Below, in pieces: positions 36,073 to 43,754 of a stretch of DNA of 45,616 bases. Each line of letters opens with the position of its first letter. The stretch's first letter is position 1. Made by a program: the position numbers and the translations under genes. Below the pieces are notes generated by a model, which saw nothing but the letters and a program-made list of their open reading frames with translations, was not told where the DNA came from and searched no databases. This DNA comes from an uncultured Candidatus Saccharibacteria bacterium (GTDB lineage: Bacteria > Patescibacteriota > WWE3 > 9FT-COMBO-53-11). Location: assembly GCA_964512075.1 (NCBI GenBank), contig CAZEID010000013.1, positions 1-45,616 of the forward strand, read 5' to 3'.

Positions 36073-38523
36073 ATGGCTGGTAAGGGTTCTTTGGATCTGA
36101 AATCTGCGATTGAATTGGCAAAGTCGGAGTTTGGGATGTCCGATAATGCTGCGGAGGTTTTTGTCCGGCGCTACGTTCGGAAAGGAGAGGATGGCGATCC
36201 CATCGAAACACCTCACCAAACCTTTGAGCGGGTCGCGGCGGCGGTGGCGGTAGTGGATGGGAAGTACGGCAAGGATCCGCAGAGAACCACTAAGAATTTT
36301 TATGATCTTCTCGCCCGCTTCTTATTTGTGCCGAATTCCCCGACTTGGACGGGAGCAGGAACCCCTTTAGGGCAATTGGCGGCTTGCTTTGTTTTGCCGA
36401 TCAAAGATGATTTGGGTCGGGATCCGGCGGGGATTTTCTCAACTTTGCGGAACGCCGCCTTGATTCAACAAACCGGTGGAGGAAACGGTTTTTCTTTCTC
36501 CGAACTTCGCCCCCGCGGTGATTTCGTTAAGCGCTCCGGCGGTCGCTCAACGGGCCCGGTTGGATTTCTGCAGGCTTACAACTCGGCTTTTGGAGTAATT
36601 GCGCAGGGCGGGGTGCGGCGGGGGGCCAACATGGCGGTGCTGAAGATCTCTCACCCCGATATTCGGTTGTTTATTCACTGTAAGGAGAAGGAGGGAGATA
36701 TCTCAAATTTCAACATTTCGGTGGGGGTGACGGATGATTTTATGCAGGCGGTTGTGGAGGGCAAGAAGTTTAGCCTTGTCAATCCTCGGGACGGGAAGGT
36801 TTGGCAGGAGGTAGACGCTCGGGAACTTTTTGAGGAAATTGGGGCGGCTGCGCACCGGAACGGGGAGCCGGGAATTTTGTTCTTGGACCGTGCTAATCGG
36901 GACAACCCCGTACCCCATTTATACACACTGCAGGCTACTAACCCTTGCGGTGAGCAATGGCTAGGCCCCTACGAGAGTTGCTGCTTGGGTTCGGTCAATT
37001 TGGCTCGTCACATTGTGCTGGAGACGGGGCGGAGTTCGCTAGTCCGGCGGAAGATTGATTGGAAAAAGCTGGCCGATACCGTTCGGTTGGCGACCCATTT
37101 CTTAGACAACGTAGTGGATGCGAACACCTATGTGCCGGAGATACCGGAGCTCGAAAAGGCTGCGCACCGGGTGCGGCGGATTGGATTGGGAATCATGGGA
37201 TTGGCAGATTTGATGTATGCGCTGGGGATTTCTTACGGGAGCGAGGACGGGTTGGAATTGGCCGCTCAGGTGATGGAGTTTGTTCGTTATCACGCGATGT
37301 TGGCTTCTATTGACCTCGCTCGGGAGCGCGGACCATTTGAGGGGATTAAGGGTTCAATCTATGATCCAAAGCGGATGGTTTGGGAACCTCCTACTCCCCT
37401 TTATGCTTACCGGAGGGATTTTGGCCGGCCGAAGGTCGATTGGCGGCGGGTTATTACAGGAATCAGGAGATACGGCATTCGCAATGGGGCCCAAACCACG
37501 ATCGCTCCTACCGGAACGATCTCCACCGTCGCGGGTGTGGAGGGGTACGGTTGCGAGCCGGTTTTTGCCCTTTCCTATGTTCGACGGCTTTTCCAAGCGG
37601 CCGGGGAGGAAGGAGTGAAGCGGGAGCTCTTTTACACCAGTCCTCTGTTTGATGAGTTCTTGAGTAATTCGGGGTTGGATGAACACGAGCGCGCAGCGAT
37701 TTATGAGGAGGTTCGCCGAGTAGGCTCGGCTCAGGGGATTCGCAAGATTCCGGAAAACATCCGCCGGGTTTTCGTAGTTTCTCAGGACATTATTCCTCGT
37801 CAACATGTTCAAATGCAAGCGGTTTTGCAACGTTTTGTCGATAACGCTATTTCCAAGACCTGCAACTTTCCCGCGTCTGCCACGGTCGAAGACGTGAAGG
37901 ACACTTACTTGGAAGCTTGGAGGCTTGGCTGCAAAGGTTTGACGGTTTACATCGCGGGGACTCGGAAGGAGGTCGTTTTAGAGACCGAAGAAGTCCGCCA
38001 AAGGCGGGTAGGGGAGTTGGCAGTCAAGCCGCGGCCGATGCGAACCACCGGCGCTACTTACCGGATTGGTACTCCGGTTGGAAGCGCTTTTGTGACCGTG
38101 AACGAGAACGGCGATAACAACCCTCTAGAAGTTTTTATCAATGTGGGAAAGGCCGGTTCGGATATTGCCGCGGATGCCGAAGCTATCGGTCGACTTTCCT
38201 CCTTGGTTCTTCGGGTTGACCCCACGATGCGGCCGAAGGAGCGGGTCGCCGCAATTATTGACCAACTCTCCGGGATTGGAGGTTCTCGGACCGTTGGTTT
38301 CGGGGCCGAGCGGGTCCGTTCTTTAGCCGACGGGGTGGCGCAGGTCCTAAAGAAGTACCTTGGTTGGAAGAAGGAGCGGGAAGTCTTGGAAAAGACCTCC
38401 TCCCAGCGGCCGGCCAGCGGACTCCCGAAGGTAGGGGACCTTTGTCCGGCTTGTGGCCGGGCCACGCTGGTCAATGAAGAAGGTTGCCGGAAGTGCTACT
38501 CTTGCGGCTACTCCGAATGTTAA
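36073..38523 (+). CDS. nrdJ: Adenosylcobalamin-dependent (class II) ribonucleotide reductase
   Basis: [10 protein letters not shown] is the active-site Cys loop, and similarity to NrdJ runs the full length. The C-terminal zinc ribbon is CPACGR...[12 protein letters not shown]. Confidence 0.9.
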   Translation: MAGKGSLDLKSAIELAKSEFGMSDNAAEVFVRRYVRKGEDGDPIETPHQTFERVAAAVAVVDGKYGKDPQRTTKNFYDLLARFLFVPNSPTWTGAGTPLGQLAACFVLPIKDDLGRDPAGIFSTLRNAALIQQTGGGNGFSFSELRPRGDFVKRSGGRSTGPVGFLQAYNSAFGVIAQGGVRRGANMAVLKISHPDIRLFIHCKEKEGDISNFNISVGVTDDFMQAVVEGKKFSLVNPRDGKVWQEVDARELFEEIGAAAHRNGEPGILFLDRANRDNPVPHLYTLQATNPCGEQWLGPYESCCLGSVNLARHIVLETGRSSLVRRKIDWKKLADTVRLATHFLDNVVDANTYVPEIPELEKAAHRVRRIGLGIMGLADLMYALGISYGSEDGLELAAQVMEFVRYHAMLASIDLARERGPFEGIKGSIYDPKRMVWEPPTPLYAYRRDFGRPKVDWRRVITGIRRYGIRNGAQTTIAPTGTISTVAGVEGYGCEPVFALSYVRRLFQAAGEEGVKRELFYTSPLFDEFLSNSGLDEHERAAIYEEVRRVGSAQGIRKIPENIRRVFVVSQDIIPRQHVQMQAVLQRFVDNAISKTCNFPASATVEDVKDTYLEAWRLGCKGLTVYIAGTRKEVVLETEEVRQRRVGELAVKPRPMRTTGATYRIGTPVGSAFVTVNENGDNNPLEVFINVGKAGSDIAADAEAIGRLSSLVLRVDPTMRPKERVAAIIDQLSGIGGSRTVGFGAERVRSLADGVAQVLKKYLGWKKEREVLEKTSSQRPASGLPKVGDLCPACGRATLVNEEGCRKCYSCGYSEC

Positions 38524-38578
38524 TCCCCCAGAGTTTTCCCGAAGTCTCCAGGAGCTTATCTCTCTGCGGTTATCCCAA

Positions 38579-39112
38579 ATGTTGAGACACCGAAGTAAAG
38601 GTCTTCTTTACGTTTTTACTGGCAATGGTAAGGGTAAAACCACGGCCGCGGTAGGGCAGGCTGTGCGGGCCGTTGGGCAGGGCCAGAAGGTTCTGATGGT
38701 CCAATTTATCAAGCAGATTACCTCGGGCGAGGTGTCCCCCTTAAAAAGGATCGGAGTTGAGATTTACCCCTTGGGGAGGGGGTTTGTGGGGATTTTAGGC
38801 GATCAAGAGCCGCGGGCAGTCCATATTCGGGCGGCCAGGGAAGCGCTTGATTTTGCCAAGGATAAAGTTTCCCAAGAAAATTACGATCTTCTTGTTCTCG
38901 ATGAGATTAATGTCGCAATTTCCTTGGGTTTGCTAAAGGTTGAGGAAGTTTTAGAGTTCTTGAGATTGAGACCGGATAATTTGAGCGTGATTGTGACTGG
39001 CCGGAATGCGCCGAAAGAGCTGATCAAAATTGCCGATCTCGTCTCAGAAGTAAGGGAAATAAAGCATCCTTTTTCAAAGGGGATTTCCGCGAAGAAAGGA
39101 AGCGAGTTCTGA
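38579..39112 (+). CDS. cobO: ATP:cob(I)alamin adenosyltransferase (CobA/CobO/BtuR type)
   Basis: GNGKGKTTAA is the P-loop and LVLDEIN is present. The start is at internal Met 43 of the track ORF, because the upstream extension overlaps nrdJ. Confidence 0.85.
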   Translation: MLRHRSKGLLYVFTGNGKGKTTAAVGQAVRAVGQGQKVLMVQFIKQITSGEVSPLKRIGVEIYPLGRGFVGILGDQEPRAVHIRAAREALDFAKDKVSQENYDLLVLDEINVAISLGLLKVEEVLEFLRLRPDNLSVIVTGRNAPKELIKIADLVSEVREIKHPFSKGISAKKGSEF

Positions 39113-39139
39113 TCCCCCTTCTCGAAAGCTACGGGGGAT
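39112..39139 (+). terminator. Weak hairpin after cobO (atccccc ... gggggat)
   Basis: A 7-bp stem with a 14-nt loop, followed only by tt, so it is a poor intrinsic terminator. Confidence 0.25.
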
Positions 39140-39160
39140 TTCGCTCGGATTACCTTTCTC

Positions 39161-39169
39161 TGGTAAACT
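39161..39169 (+). promoter_or_regulatory. Extended -10 (TGgTAAACT) 9 nt upstream of the ileS ATG
   Basis: tggtaaact + tttcctgaa + ATG 39179. Confidence 0.4.
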
Positions 39170-39178
39170 TTTCCTGAA

Positions 39179-42151
39179 ATGGCGATCCAACCAGCCTCCC
39201 GCCCCGAGCACAATCGGGGGACGTTCAAGAAAGTGGAAGCGCAACCGGATTTTCCGGCGCAGGAGCGCAAGACTCTGAAGAGATGGTCCTCCTCCGGTTT
39301 AGTTCGGAAATACTTGAAGAAGAATCAACGCGCTCCTAAGAGATTTAGTTTTTTGGATGGTCCGATCACTGCCAACAATCCGATGGGCGTCCACCACGCT
39401 TGGGGGAGGACTTACAAAGATCTTTTTCAACGCTACCGGAATATGCGGGGTTTTCGCCAGCGCTTCCAGAACGGCTTTGACGCCCAAGGTCTTTGGGTAG
39501 AGGTTGAGGTGGAGAAAGAACTGGGCTTGAAAAGCAAGCAGGAAATCGAGAATTTGGTTCCGGGTGACCGAAAGGCCTCGATTGCCAAGTTTGTGAACCT
39601 CTGCAAGAGGAGAGTTCGGAAGTACGCCAAGATTCAAACTAAGCAGTCCCAACGGCTGGGGTATTTTATGGACTGGGATCACTCCTACTACACTCTCTCC
39701 GACGAGAACAACTATATGATTTGGCATTTCTTGAAGAAGTGCCATGAGCGGGGGCTAATTTACAAGGGGCGGGATTCAGTTCCTTGGTGTCCGCGCTGCG
39801 GGACCGCGATCTCCCAGCACGAAATGCTGACTGAGGACTACAAGGAGGCGACTCACGACTCAATTTACATTCGGTATCCGATCAAAGGGAAGAAAGACGA
39901 GTTTCTGCTGGTTTGGACGACTACCCCTTGGACTCTGCCGGGCAACGTCGCGGTGGCGGCGGATGCCAAGAAGGATTACGTGCTCGCCCGCGAGAAAGGA
40001 AGCGGCCGGGCTTACTACTTGAGCGAACCGGCGGCGAGAAGATTGGGATTGGAGGTCGAAAAGCGCCTTTCGGGAGGAGAGTTGGAAGGGCTAACTTACG
40101 AGTCTCCCTTTGATGATCTTACTGGAATCAAAAAAGCTTTTGGGAGCTACGTCCATCGGGTAGTCGCCACCGACGAAAAGATTCTCCCGATCAGCGAGGA
40201 AGAGGGAACCGGGCTGGTGCATGTCGCGCCGGGAGCCGGAACCGAGGACTTTCAACTGGGTAAGAAATTGAACCTTCCCGTGATTGAACTGATTGACGAA
40301 GAAGCCGCTTACATTCCCGAATTGGGAGAGTTCTCGGGAAGAAATGCGAAGGATCATCCCGAAATCATCCTGGATTTTGTAAGGAAGATCGAAGCCGGAA
40401 AGTATCTTTTCAAGATTGCGGCCCACACCCACCGCTACCCGGCTTGTTGGCGGTGCAAAACCGAGCTGGTTTGGCGGGTGGTGGACGAGTGGTATATCGC
40501 GATGGACCCTCTCCGAGAGCAGTTGAAAGCCGTGGCCAAGAGGATTACTTGGATTCCCGAGTTTGGCCTGAAGCGGGAGCTCGATTGGCTCTCCAACATG
40601 CAAGACTGGCTAATCTCCAAGAAGCGCTATTGGGGCCTAGCTTTGCCAATTTGGGTTTGCTCGAGTTGTCAAAATTTTGAAGTGATTGGCGGCAGAGAAG
40701 AGCTGAAGCAGCGCGCGATTTCCGGATGGAATAAGTTCGCTGGCCACACCCCCCACCGCCCTTGGGTAGATGAGGTGAAAATTGCGTGTCCGCGGTGTCG
40801 GGGAACGATGGAGCGGATCCCCGATGTGGGTAATCCCTGGTTGGATGCCGGGATCGTCCCATTCTCGACGATTTCAAAAGATAATCAAAGCGCACCCCTT
40901 TACCTCACGGACCGCCGGGAGTTCGAAAAGTGGTATCCGGCGGATTTTATTACGGAAAGCTTTCCGGGGCAGTTCAAAAACTGGTTCTACTCACTTTTGG
41001 CGATGAGTACCGTGTTGGAGGGAAGAGAACCCGTTAGGACAGTGCTGGGGTTCGCTACGCTTTTGGGCGAAGATGGTCGGCCGATGCATAAATCCTGGGG
41101 GAACGCAATTGAGTTTAACGAGGGGGCGGAGAAGATGGGAGTAGATGTGATGCGCTGGCTTTATTGCACGCATGATCCGGCCACGAACATCAACTTCGGC
41201 TATGGTCCGGCCGAGAAGATTCGGCGGAGGTTCTTTTTGATTCTTTGGAACGTTTATAAGTTCTTTGTTGACTATGCTCTGGCGGATGGTTGGAAGAGAA
41301 GTTCGAAATTCGAAATTCGGAACTCCAAGTTACCGGTTTTGGACCGGTGGATACTCTCAAAACTCAACTCCTTAATTAAATTGGTGACGGAGTCTTTGGA
41401 TCGGTACGATCCGGCTACCGCGGCTCGGGCGATCGAGCGCTTCGTGGTAGATGACCTCTCTCAATGGTATTTGCGCCGAAGCCGCGCGCGGGTTGGTCCA
41501 ACGGCTCCCGACGCTCGAGATCGCGCTATTTTTTACCAGGTAATGGGGAAAGTTTTGGATTCAGTGGCCCGGCTATTAGCTCCCTTCCTCCCCTTTGTGA
41601 GTGATGAGATTTACTGCAATCTGACCGGCAAGGATTCAGTTCATTTGGCAAATTGGCCCCGGGTCGGGGAGATTAATCCCCATCTTGAAAAGGGGATGGA
41701 AAAATTACGTGAGATTGTGGAGTTGGGGCGTTCCTTCCGCAAAACGGCTGGGATTCCCCTCCGCCAGCCCTTGGCAAAGCTCCGCGTTAGAGGAGTTGAT
41801 CGGATGGATAGGAAACTCGTTTTGATTCTGGCCGAAGAGCTAAACGTAAAAGCCGTCGAGTTTCGGCCTGGCAAAGAGTTAGCGGTGGAGTTCGAGACCC
41901 GGCTAACTCCCGAGCTTAAGGCGGAATACGCCGCTCGGGAGCTGGTTCGATCAATCCAAGACTTGCGCAAGGAGAAAAAGCTCCGCCTGACCGATCGGAT
42001 TCGAGCCTCTTACCCCGACTCTCCTGCTAACCGATTGGCGGTAGCACGGTTTTCCGATTTGATTCGGCGGGAAACCTTGGCGGTGGACTTAAGACCGGGT
42101 AAGAAATTAGCTCTCCAGCGGGCGAAGCTTTCGCGCCGGCAGGGGACGTGA
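39179..42151 (+). CDS. ileS: Isoleucine--tRNA ligase
   Basis: A HIGH-type motif (PMGVHHAWG), a KMSKS-type motif (MHKSWGN) and an editing-domain insertion are present. 990 aa. Confidence 0.95.
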   Translation: MAIQPASRPEHNRGTFKKVEAQPDFPAQERKTLKRWSSSGLVRKYLKKNQRAPKRFSFLDGPITANNPMGVHHAWGRTYKDLFQRYRNMRGFRQRFQNGFDAQGLWVEVEVEKELGLKSKQEIENLVPGDRKASIAKFVNLCKRRVRKYAKIQTKQSQRLGYFMDWDHSYYTLSDENNYMIWHFLKKCHERGLIYKGRDSVPWCPRCGTAISQHEMLTEDYKEATHDSIYIRYPIKGKKDEFLLVWTTTPWTLPGNVAVAADAKKDYVLAREKGSGRAYYLSEPAARRLGLEVEKRLSGGELEGLTYESPFDDLTGIKKAFGSYVHRVVATDEKILPISEEEGTGLVHVAPGAGTEDFQLGKKLNLPVIELIDEEAAYIPELGEFSGRNAKDHPEIILDFVRKIEAGKYLFKIAAHTHRYPACWRCKTELVWRVVDEWYIAMDPLREQLKAVAKRITWIPEFGLKRELDWLSNMQDWLISKKRYWGLALPIWVCSSCQNFEVIGGREELKQRAISGWNKFAGHTPHRPWVDEVKIACPRCRGTMERIPDVGNPWLDAGIVPFSTISKDNQSAPLYLTDRREFEKWYPADFITESFPGQFKNWFYSLLAMSTVLEGREPVRTVLGFATLLGEDGRPMHKSWGNAIEFNEGAEKMGVDVMRWLYCTHDPATNINFGYGPAEKIRRRFFLILWNVYKFFVDYALADGWKRSSKFEIRNSKLPVLDRWILSKLNSLIKLVTESLDRYDPATAARAIERFVVDDLSQWYLRRSRARVGPTAPDARDRAIFYQVMGKVLDSVARLLAPFLPFVSDEIYCNLTGKDSVHLANWPRVGEINPHLEKGMEKLREIVELGRSFRKTAGIPLRQPLAKLRVRGVDRMDRKLVLILAEELNVKAVEFRPGKELAVEFETRLTPELKAEYAARELVRSIQDLRKEKKLRLTDRIRASYPDSPANRLAVARFSDLIRRETLAVDLRPGKKLALQRAKLSRRQGT

Positions 42152-42522
42152 TAAAATCTTGGGGCATGGAAAGAGAAGAAGCGAAAAGCAAAGGTTCGAA
42201 GGTAGGGAGCCGGTTGCCAAAAGCGGAAGGGGAGAAGTTGGCAGTTTTGGAGCTGGGGGGCCGTCCTCATTTGGTGCGCGAAGGAAGTGAGCTGGAAGTA
42301 TCCCATCTTGCTCTCAAGGAGAGCCAAAGGGTGAAAGTTCCCGCCCTAATTTTGAAGCCCATTTTGGGTGAGGGGACCGTAACGTACCGATGGTTAGGCG
42401 AAAAAAGGGGTCCTAAAGTGCTGGTGATGAAATACAAGGCGAAGTCCCGCTATCGCCGGAAGCGGGGCTACCGGGCGGAGTTAAGCAAGGTAATTGTTGA
42501 GAAGATCGAAACCGGCAAGTGA
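42148..42522 (+). CDS. rplU: 50S ribosomal protein L21 with an N-terminal extension of about 30 aa
   Basis: The core LAVLELGGRPHLVREGSELEV...KYKAKSRYRRKRGYRAELSKVIVEKI matches L21. The start is GTG 42148 (GTGA overlap with ileS) or ATG 42166. Confidence 0.8.
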   Translation: MIKSWGMEREEAKSKGSKVGSRLPKAEGEKLAVLELGGRPHLVREGSELEVSHLALKESQRVKVPALILKPILGEGTVTYRWLGEKRGPKVLVMKYKAKSRYRRKRGYRAELSKVIVEKIETGK

Positions 42523-42624
42523 CGGCAATGACACCAGCAACGTCAGATACTGCAGCAACAGTTAAATTATTCCTCGTTCTAAAGTTACCGGTTTCACGGA
42601 CTTTGTTGAAGTTACTTAATAGTT

Positions 42625-42873
42625 ATGGCGCATAAAAAAGCGGGTGGCGCAAAGGCGCGGCAAAAACCGAGGGTTGCGGGAAAGCGACTGGGCTTAAAGG
42701 TTGGGGCCGGTCAGGAAGTGGTCGCGGGGGCGATCATTGCGCGACAGCGGGGGGCGCGGCTGTTCCCCGGTCGGGGAGTGCGGATTGGGCGGGACTTCAC
42801 CCTTTTTGCGGAGAGGAGTGGAAGGGTAGTTTTTTCGCGGAGATTGGGAAAGAAAGTTGTCTCGGTGGTTTGA
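42625..42873 (+). CDS. rpmA: 50S ribosomal protein L27
   Basis: MAHKKAGGA...GAIIARQRGARLFPGRGVRIGRDFTLFA is present. Confidence 0.92.
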   Translation: MAHKKAGGAKARQKPRVAGKRLGLKVGAGQEVVAGAIIARQRGARLFPGRGVRIGRDFTLFAERSGRVVFSRRLGKKVVSVV

Positions 42874-42881
42874 TCTCTCCG

Positions 42882-43472
42882 TTAGTAAGCGTAGCTAGAG
42901 GATTTGATTAAACCGAAGGCCTCCGGCGGCCAGTATCTTAGCCAAACTTTTCCGACGATATCGGTTTTCTTGATTACTCCCCACTCGCGGGAATCCGAGG
43001 AACGCTCCCGGTTATCTCCGAGGACGACGTAGCCATCTCTAGCCGAAAAAATTTCCCCTTCTCGGATCGTCCGCCGGCCTTCCGTGACGGTTCCTGCCTC
43101 AAGGTAGGGCTCCTCCAGTAAGAAACCTTCGGGATGCTCTTGGTTGATAATGAAAACTTTCCCGTTCTGGAGTTTAATCTTCTCTCCGGGGAGGGCAATG
43201 ATCCGTTTAATAAAATCTAAATTTGGTTGCTCTGGGGATCGAAAAACAATCACGTCTCCCCGTTGAGGGTCTTTTTTTGCGAGGTTGTAGCTGATCATTT
43301 CCGTGAGAAGGTATTCGCCGTCGTGAAAGTTTGGTACCATGGAATCTCCTCGGATCTGGTGCGGTCGGACCAAAAAGAGGTAAAGGGCCAAGAAAATTAG
43401 GACCGCCATTACGGCAGTTTCGGCAATTTCGAAGAGGAAGGTGGCAAGGCCGCGCAGCAATCTTAAAAGCAC
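42882..43472 (-). CDS. lepB: Signal peptidase I
   Basis: One TM helix, then GDSMVPNF (catalytic Ser), KRIIALPGE (catalytic Lys) and GDNRERSSDSREWG. The start is set at GTG 43472, because the track's longer N-terminus runs through the tRNA genes. Confidence 0.85.
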   Translation of the reverse strand: MLLRLLRGLATFLFEIAETAVMAVLIFLALYLFLVRPHQIRGDSMVPNFHDGEYLLTEMISYNLAKKDPQRGDVIVFRSPEQPNLDFIKRIIALPGEKIKLQNGKVFIINQEHPEGFLLEEPYLEAGTVTEGRRTIREGEIFSARDGYVVLGDNRERSSDSREWGVIKKTDIVGKVWLRYWPPEAFGLIKSSSYAY

Positions 43473-43478
43473 TGGGGT

Positions 43479-43484
43479 ATTATA
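43479..43484 (-). promoter_or_regulatory. TATAAT -10 box 6 nt upstream of the proposed lepB GTG
   Basis: The minus strand reads ttattctataat + acccca + GTG. Confidence 0.4.
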
Positions 43485-43496
43485 GAATAAAAGAGG

Positions 43497-43541
43497 TTGG
43501 GGAGTTAGCCCAGGGGCAGAGCGCAGGTTCGAATCCGGTTT
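43497..43541 (+). pseudogene. tRNA-like fragment (acceptor 5' strand, D-arm and T-arm-like segment; no anticodon arm)
   Basis: ggggagttagcccaggggcagagc differs from the 5' 24 nt of the tRNA-Val at only 3 positions. It is followed directly by gcaggttcgaatccggt. No complementary 3' acceptor strand is present. Confidence 0.4.
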
Positions 43542-43545
43542 GCGG

Positions 43546-43731
43546 GGGTCCGTCGCTCGGTGGTTAGAGCGTTCGTTCGAGTCGCAATGGGGAGTTAGCT
43601 CAGCGGTAGAGCACCTCATTCACATTGAGGGGGTCATAGGTTCAAATCCTATACTCCCCACCAATTGCGACTAAAGCTTGAAAAGCTTTTCATCCGAAAG
43701 GTCGTCCGTTCAAATCGGACCGGACCCACCA
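43546..43731 (+). tRNA. Interrupted or split tRNA-like gene with a GAA (Phe-type) anticodon hairpin; tRNA-Val lies inside it
   Basis: The 5' part (43546-43571) is gggtccg-tc-gctc-ggtggtta-gagc-g. The 3' part has the hairpin aaagc-ttgaaaa-gcttt (43673-43689), the T-arm gtccg-ttcaaat-cggac (43704-43720), the acceptor strand cggaccc (43721-43727, a 7/7 complement of 43546-43552), then A and CCA. The caveat is G at the position of the near-invariant A14. Confidence 0.4.
43589..43663 (+). tRNA. tRNA-Val (anticodon CAC), CCA encoded
   Basis: A perfect cloverleaf was folded by hand. The acceptor is ggggagt/actcccc, the D-arm gctc-agcggta-gagc, the anticodon arm cctca-ttCACat-tgagg, the variable loop gggtc and the T-arm atagg-ttcaaat-cctat. 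The discriminator is A, followed by CCA. Confidence 0.9.
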
Positions 43732-43754
43732 AGATCGAAGCGGGGCGTTTTTTG

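Noticed and set aside
39113-39178. T-box leader upstream of ileS, and likewise upstream of glyQS at 21070-21094
   Set aside because: The intergenic regions are 66 nt and 25 nt, far too short for a T-box riboswitch. No T-box consensus or terminator/antiterminator pair is present.
41326-42593. Exact 13-mer aagttaccggttt shared by ileS (41326-41338) and the rplU-rpmA spacer (42581-42593)
   Set aside because: The window has roughly 10^9 position pairs per orientation against 4^13 (about 6.7x10^7) possible words. Tens of chance 13-mer matches are therefore expected in 45.6 kb. The flanking sequence does not extend the similarity.
42523-42624. Structured ribosomal-protein leader or small gene between rplU and rpmA
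   Set aside because: I found only a weak 5-bp hairpin (tgacg…cgtca), no convincing conserved structure and no ORF. It cannot be supported by eye.
42882-43619. Long N-terminal extension of the lepB ORF, and similar track-ORF extensions at 8136, 20936, 22959, 33509, 38453 and 43833
   Set aside because: The lepB extension runs through the tRNA-Val and tRNA-like sequences on the opposite strand. The others overlap the preceding genes or add non-homologous residues ahead of the conserved N-termini. Internal starts fit the protein families better.
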